This document shows, piece by piece, positions 56,049 through 64,000 of a stretch of DNA of 64,000 bases. The stretch lies in assembly GCF_009914755.1 (NCBI RefSeq), contig NC_060927.1, one strand, 5' to 3'. Position 1 is the first letter of the stretch, and each line of letters opens with the position of its first letter. Both the position numbers and the translations under genes were made by a program. Below the pieces are notes generated by a model. That model had not been told where the DNA came from. It searched no databases and saw nothing but the letters and a program-made list of their open reading frames with translations. The stretch is from the human T2T-CHM13v2.0 reference genome, Homo sapiens.

Positions 56049-58044
56049 AGTTTTTCTCAACTTGAGGCATTACAGTTTTGTTGGTTTTATCCCTACTAGT
56101 GTAGTAGTCTAACTTTGGTTATGGTTTATAGCTTTCTGTTGGCTTTCTTTGGAGTACTTCTTTTGTTAGCCTTTCTCTTTCATTTGCCTGGACTGGAAAT
56201 TATGCTCACTGCCATAAGCTTACATGTCTAACCCAATAGTAATCAGTTTAACTGAGCACAACGTTGAGGTCATTCTTGTCATTCAATATTATTTATAATT
56301 TGTAGATATTGCTGATTCAGAATTTTGACTTAATGTTTATAGCATGTTTAAGTTGATCAACCAGCTTGTAGGTGGCATAGAGCCATTATAATTTTTCTTG
56401 GGCATAAATAATGTATTCCTATTAGCAGTATAGTACAACCAGTAATTGCTTAGACTGCACTTTTGTAGTTTTTTTATGTTGCCAAGAAAAAGTAGATGGT
56501 TCATCTCTGATGCTATGATGCTCCTATAGTAAAAATGTAGCTTGTCTTATCCATGATGTGAGTGGATGTTTTTGGCCATATATCTTAGTGGTCTGCTTAT
56601 CATTGTATGTAAGATATTCCTATATACATATAGAACTATTTTGGGGGGTACCAGAGATCATTTGGGTGTTTATCCATTGTATTATGACGTTTACCCATAT
56701 TGTCTAGGGAAATGGAAAGGGAGCTTTGCCATATTGCTAAACTTGAGCTTTATAGCTCCAATAATGCTGCTTTCTAATTGTGATAGTCATTAATATTGTT
56801 GATCAGCTTTCCAGATCTCTGCCTTCCTGCTGCAAAATAGACTTGCACATTTGACACCCTTATTGTAGGTAGGACCAGTGGCTTGTGAGTGAAAGTGATG
56901 AATATCACTTGTTTGAGCACTTCACTGCTAGTGAAATATCATCCAGAGTTCTTTCTTTCCATGGCACAGTGACTGGTAATGTTTGAGGTGTCGGTTTGCT
57001 GTTGCCTCAGCCTGGATCCTGAGGGACTGCATTCAACATGTGCTGTGATGACTCCAATAACAAAAAGAGGCCACAAATGTTTATATCAATCATATATTGA
57101 GTCTATATATGTAGGCTAAAGATAGGTAGATCTTTTAAACATAATATTTAAAGTCTAACAGCCATCCCTTGAAGGTAGACATCATCACTATTTGACATAT
57201 GGAAGAAACGGAGACTCAGCCTACATGTCTTCTCCAATGTCTGTCAGCTAAATGACAGGGCAATGGTTAGAATCCATATATCAAGTCCAAATTCTTTTCT
57301 CTTTGTACACTATGCCAACATATATATGCATAAGCAGTGACCTAATTTATTTTTGAATGTTTTCTCACATTTGTACCTACAATGAGGAAATTTTTTGTTT
57401 TTAAATACATGTTGAATGATGGAAGTCTCTGGTAGACTTGCTCTTTACTTGCTGCTCAATGCTCCCCTATGGAGGAATAAAGACCAAGAAGAACAGGCAG
57501 AATTCTTATTTTCAAATTCCATTTGCAGTGGTCATTTGACTAGTACATCTGGATTAACATCTAATTAAAAAGTGTTTTGCTTCTAAGATTCATTAGGATC
57601 CCAATTCTAAGATGTAGTCTGTGATAAGGATTAGTAAACAAGTTTATAGCTTCATCATCTGGCAGCATTTTGCCATCAGAGTAGTGGAGTGAAACAGGAT
57701 ACAGATTTATTAGCCGACACACTGGAAAAATACGTTGGAAAATAAAAACTAAAAACTAAAAAACTCTTGCACCATGTTCCTACTATCAAATAATCTTGTA
57801 CAGCTACCAAATTCTCAGCAAAATTTTATTAAACTAATCCCATAGTTGGCATAAAATTTGCTGTAATTTTGTGATTATTAGATTCAACCTTTGTTTGTTT
57901 TCTAAACATCATTTTAGGTTTTGTCCTGGAGAAAGGTTGAAGGAATTAGAGCATGACTCTATAACTGTGACATATTTGTGAATAATCTTCCAAGAAAAAC
58001 TTTGGTAGTAATTTACAATAGGAAAAGAATAAAGTTGTCAAAGT

Positions 58045-58625
58045 GGTTAACATAGTGGTTAAAAAGGCAGACTCTAGAATCAGGTTCTTTGGCTTGAAGG
58101 ATAGCTCTGCTACTTACTAGTGCTTGACCTAAGACAAGTCACTTAACTTTTCAAATCCCAGATACCTCATCTTATTTATTTATTTATTTGTTTATATTTT
58201 GAGACAGAGCCTCACTCTGTCACCCAGGCTGGAGTGCAGTGGCACAGTCTCGGCTCACTGCAACCTCTGCTGCCCCAGTTCAAGCGATTCTCCTGCCATT
58301 CTCCTGCTTCAGCCTCCGGAGTAGCAGGGATTACAGGTGCCTGCCACCGTGCCTGGCTAATTTTTGTAGTTTTAGTAGAGACGGGGTTTCACCAGGTTAG
58401 CCAGGCTGGTCTTGAACTCCTGACCTTGTGATCCACCCACCTCAGCCTCCCAAAGTGCTGGGATTACAGGCATGAGCCACTGTGCCTGGCCACCTTATCT
58501 TTAAAATAGAAATTGTGATAGCATCTGCCTTATAAAGTGGATATGAGTGTTAATTGAGATAATACATGTAAAGCATTTAGCATGTGCTTGTCATACAGTA
58601 GGCTCTCAATAAATGTTAGTTGTTA
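58045..58625 (+). mobile_element. MIR split by an Alu
   Basis: tagtggttaaaaaggcagactctagaatc...caagtcacttaac...cctcatct | ttaaaatag...catgtaaagcatttag...ctcaataaatgttag. Confidence 0.8.
58172..58491 (-). mobile_element. Alu (AluS) with (TTTA)n tail and a short internal duplication
   Basis: attctcctgccattctcctgc duplication; TSD acctcatctt / accttatctt. Confidence 0.95.
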
Positions 58626-59530
58626 GTATTCGTTGGAAGTAACAGGTTAAATATATAGTCAAATTATCTATTTCCTTTCCCTAGGACCCCATCTCTATAG
58701 GGGAGAGTACCAAAAAGATGCTGAGAACAATAAGGTGGAGAATAGTATCTTTTATTTTGACTTAAGATCATATATAGAAAATTACGTGATTTTAATGGTC
58801 TTTATCAACAAACACAATGCTCCCAGAAATTGAGAGAAGTAGAGCTAGTTGATCATCTTATTCTTTGATTCTTCAGTACATGACTGAAATGAGACCATTG
58901 CTGCAATGTTTTCATAGTTTAGCGTAAACAGAAGTGTCAAGAACTATTGAAAGCAGGAAATAAGTTAGAGCCTTCTTAATCTGACTCCTTGGTGAATGAA
59001 TAAGCCCAATATCAGCAGTGTCTCCAGCATACTTTGGATTTGTTTGATGGAATTTGGAAGGAGAACAGGAAATACTATATTTCATGTTCTTTGCAACTGA
59101 ATGAAACCAGTTTCTTTCCCTATCTCTATTCTGCTTTTTGGATTCACTCACATTTATATATGCTGACTTCGCAGCACCAACTAAATTGTTGAATTCACCT
59201 CTATCATCTCTCAACTTCATCTCTTATGAATTTAGATAGCTGTGAACTTGTACTGAAGTTAAAAGTCCAAACTAAATAATATGACCAACTTCACTCAGTA
59301 TATAAAGAATGGAACAGGTGGCTACCTTTTCCATCATCAAATGCATGAAAAATGTATCAATTAGGTTTATCATATTGACCCTTCAATGGAACAGCAATAT
59401 TCTTTTCTAAGAAATTGCAATATATAGCTTTCTCAATTTTCTAAAAGTGCTTATTTTCTGTTAAAGAAAAAAAACATGAATCAGGTCATTGTTTTTAAGC
59501 CAATATACAAGACTCACAAAATTGCCCTGA

Positions 59531-60041
<511 letters not shown>

Positions 60042-60375
60042 AATTGTGTATATTTATAATTGTATATATTGTTTATCATTTTCCTTTCATTAATTCTTCC
60101 TTCTACCTTATTTTTACACATCAAAAGGAGTTTTAATAAAGCTTGACATATATATTGCATTAATAGTGCTGATATCATGAAGCAGGACTTATGTAGGGAG
60201 TATGATGTCCTAGCATTTTTAAAAATGAGATATTAGGTCATGCAAATATTTGTAAGAAAGAGGAGGATATATTATTAAATTTTGTGGATTTCCTCCTTTG
60301 TTATCTTTGTCATTACAGGCAAGTGTTATTCCCTTTCATGAGTACGCATTATACTTCTTCATCTTACTTTTTCAC

Positions 60376-62968
60376 TTCTAACTTTTATTTTAAGTTCAGG
60401 GGTACACGTGTAGGATGTGCACGTTTGTTACATAGGTAAGTGTGTGCCATGGTGGTTTGCAGCACAGGTCATCCCATCACCCAGGTATTAAGCCCAGCAT
60501 CCCCTATCTATTCTTCCCTATCCTCTCCATCTTCCTATTCCCCACCCTCTGACTGGCCCCAGTGTGTGTTGTCTCTCCCCTTGTGTCTATTTGGTCTCAT
60601 GTAGCTCCCACTTAAAAGTAAGAACATGCAATATTTGGTTTTCTGTTCCTGCATTAAATGGCTAAGGATAATGGCCTCTGGCTCCACCCATGTCTGTGCA
60701 AAGGACATGATCTCATTCCTTCTTATGGCTGCATAGTATTTCATGTTGTATGTATACCACATTTTCTTTATCCAATCTATCATTGATGGGCATCCAGGTT
60801 GATTCCATGTATTTGCTATTGTGAATAGTGCTACAGTGAACACATGTGTGCATGTGTCTTTATAATAGAGTGATTTTATTCCTTTGGGTCTATACCTAGT
60901 AATGGGATTGCTAGGTCTAATGGTATTTCTGTCTCAAGATCTTTGAGGAATCACCACACTGTCTTCCACAATGGTTGAACTAATTTACATTCCCACCATC
61001 AGTGTAGAAGTATTCCCTTTTCTCTACAACCTCACCAGCATCTGTTATTTTTTGGCTTTTTAGTAATAGCCATTCTGACTGGTGTGAGATGGTCCCTCAT
61101 TGTGGTTTTGATTTGTATTTTTCTAATGATCAGTGATGTTGAACTTGTTTTCATATGCTTGTTGGCGGCATGTATGTCTACTTTTGAAAAGTGTCTGTTC
61201 ATGTACTTGGCCCACTTTTAAATGGGGCTGTTTGTTATTTTCTTATAAATTTGTTTAAGTTCTCATAGATGGTGGATATTAGACTTTTGTCTGATGAATA
61301 GATTGCAAAAAGTTTCTCCCATTCTGTAGGTTGCCTGTTTACTCTGTTGATAGTTTCTTTTGCTGTACAGAAGCTCTTTAGTTTAACTAGATCCCATTTG
61401 TCAATTTTTGCTTTTGTTGCAATGGCTTTTGACTTTTGTCATGAAATCTTTGCCCATGCCTATGTTCTGAATGGTATTGCCTAGTTTTTTTTTTCCAGTG
61501 TTTTTATAGTTTTGGGTTTTACATTTAAGTCTTTATTTCATCTTGAGTTAATTTTTGTAAATGGTGTAAGGAAGGGGTCCAGTTTCAATTTTCTAGATAT
61601 GGCTAGCCAGTTCTCCCAGTAGCTTCTATTAAATAGGGAATCCTTTCCCCAGTGCTTATTTTTGTCAGTTTTGTTTAAGATCAGATAACTTAGATGTGGG
61701 GCCTTATTTCTGGGTTCTTTATTATGTTTCATTGGTCTATGTGTCTGTTCTGGTACCAGTACCGTGCTGTTTTGGTTACTGTAGCCCTGTAGTATAATTT
61801 GAAGTCAGGTAGCATGATACCTCCAGCTTTGTTCTTTTCGCTTAGGATTGTTTTGGTTATTCAGGCTCTTTTTCAGCTCCATATGAATTTTGAAAGAGCT
61901 TTTTCTAATTCTGTGAAGAATGTCAATGGTAGTCTAATGGGAATAGCATTGAATCTATAACTTACTTTGGTCAGTATGGCCATTTTCATGATATTGATTC
62001 TTCTTATCCATGAGCATGGATGTGTTTCCATTTGTTTCTGTCCTCTCTGATTTCTTTGAGCAGTGGTTTGTCGTTCTCCTTGAAGAAGTCCTTCACTTCC
62101 CTTGTTAGCTGTATTCCTAGGTATTTTATTCTTTTTATGGCAATTGTGAATGGGAATTCATTTGCGATTTTGCTCTTGGTTTGCCTGTTGTTGGTGAATG
62201 CTAGCAATTTTTGCATATTGACTTTGTGTCCTGATACTGTGTTGAAGTTGCTTATCAGCTTAAGAAGCTTCTGGGCTGAGATGATGGGGTTTTCTAGATA
62301 TAGGATTATGTCATTTGCAAACAAAGATAATTTGACTTTCTCCTTTCCTATTTGAATACTATTTCTTTCTCTTGCTTGATTTCCCTGGCCATAATTTCGA
62401 ATATTGTGTTGAATAGGAGAGATGAGAGAGGCAATCCTTATCTTGTTCCAGTTTTCAAGGGAATGCTTCCAGCTTTTGCATTCAGTATGATATTGGCTGT
62501 GGGTTTGTCTTTTATGGCTCTTATTATTTTGAGGTATGTTCCTTCAATACCTAGTTTATTGAGAGTTTTTTACATGAAAGGATGTTGAATTTTATCAAAG
62601 GTCTTGTCTGCATCTATTCAGATAATCATGTGTTTTTTGTCTTTAGTTCTGTTTATGTGATTCATCACATTTATTGATTTGCATATGTTGAACCAACGTT
62701 GCATCCTGGGGATGAAGCCAACTTGATCATGGTGGATAAGCTTTTTGATGTGCTGCTGGCTTTGGTTTGCCAGTATTTTGACGAGGATTTTTGCACTGAT
62801 GTTCATCAAGGATATTGGCCTGAAGTTTTCTTTTTTTGTTGTATCTATACCAGGTTTTGGTATCAGGATGATACTGGCCTCATAGAATGAGTTAGGGAGG
62901 AGTCCCTCCTTCTCTATTTTTTGGAATAGTGTCAGTAGGAATGGCATCATCTCTTCTTTATACCTCTG
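60376..62968 (-). mobile_element. 5'-truncated L1PA (PA8-10-like)
   Basis: 3' UTR ttaagttcaggggtacacgtg...cccatcacccaggtattaagccc; minus ORF2 fragments at 62618-62950 and 62004-62324 (FAND), several frameshifts. Confidence 0.9.
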
Positions 62969-64000
62969 CCCTCTATCTTTCCTTTAAAGTATCTTCTAGT
63001 AAAGGATCAGGTCCGGTCCATGAATTAGGTGAAATCCAGTATCCCCAAATCCTAAACAGTGCTGACTAAACTAGTTTTGAAAATAAATTTAGAATTATCA
63101 CTTCTTTACCATTTGTTTAGCTCACAGAATATGTACTGATTCTGCATCACATATTTAACCATCTTCTTTACCTAGATTTCCCACCTGCCCTTATGATTCT
63201 ATCATTAAACATAGAATCTGAGCACCTGTTTGTAATAAACACAACTAGAGTTTCACCTTAAACACATATTCTATAAAAAATAAGCAAATATGGAGTAGAA
63301 AATAGCATCCAAGTATACTAACATTTTTTTAGGTTCAGGTCTTGATATCCATTAATATTGTGGCTTAAAATTTTTTAGGCTAATCCTGAGTTTTTAAAGG
63401 CTTAGTGCAAATGAGTGCATGCTTATTCCATGGCTGATTTAAACCTGTACACTTCTTGCAGTTCTATTTAATGTCTCTACCTGCAGCAGTCTGCCTGGCT
63501 AGAGCAGTGGAAGATAGCAGCACTTTAGATAAGCACTGGCCTTAAAAACTATCTATTGACACTATGCTCATTTGCTTCTTGTGCGGTATTCATCAATATA
63601 TTACTAATACTTCACTATCATTTTACATAGCAGAGTTTACAACTTTTTTTTGCTACAGACCTGATGAATTTCAGTTTTGTTAAAAATAAAAATTCTACAC
63701 CTTGAAAGCAGAATATATAAAATACTTTAAACTGTACACAGTGTTTTTATTCTTTTTAAAAATTGTATTAAAATAGATATAAGATAAAATTTACCATCTT
63801 AATCATTTTTAAATGTACAGTTCATTGGTGATTTAAGTTTTTAACTATGATTAATTGTCCTAAAATTTTTTTCCTAAGCAATATAAAAGTGACCTGATAC
63901 AGAAAATGCCAAATGGCAGTTTCTCATCATTTTCAACACCACTTATTTTTTTATGATATGGGCTAAGGAACTCTTTATAACACCATCTTTGATAGTTAGG

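Noticed and set aside
58912-59220. 102-aa minus-strand ORF in apparently unique sequence
   Set aside because: No recognisable domain or exon boundaries; length is within chance for a 64 kb window

Overview
Primate (very likely human) intronic DNA, mostly interspersed repeats. It contains two + strand coding exons of ZCWPW2: 18972-19316 (ATG and zf-CW domain) and 41035-41194 (PWWP domain). Also present are an RPL34 processed pseudogene, a near full-length L1PB, a complete THE1 MaLR provirus with a perfect TSD, an antisense HERV-L/MLT2A provirus nested in an old L1M, about 13 Alus and many older L1/L2/MIR/MLT1 fragments. The standout structure lies in the intron between the two exons: a ~5.9 kb compound L1PA insertion bounded by one degenerate TSD. 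It forms a palindrome of two ~2.58 kb arms (about 20390-22972 and 23404-25986) around a ~430 bp spacer. The arms are colinear without indels, share private lesions and appear identical over their outer ~1.6 kb. This suggests arm-to-arm gene conversion and a long dsRNA hairpin in a germline pre-mRNA. Repeat subfamily names come from recalled consensus sequences and are approximate, and boundaries of old repeats are approximate. No function is demonstrated for any finding.
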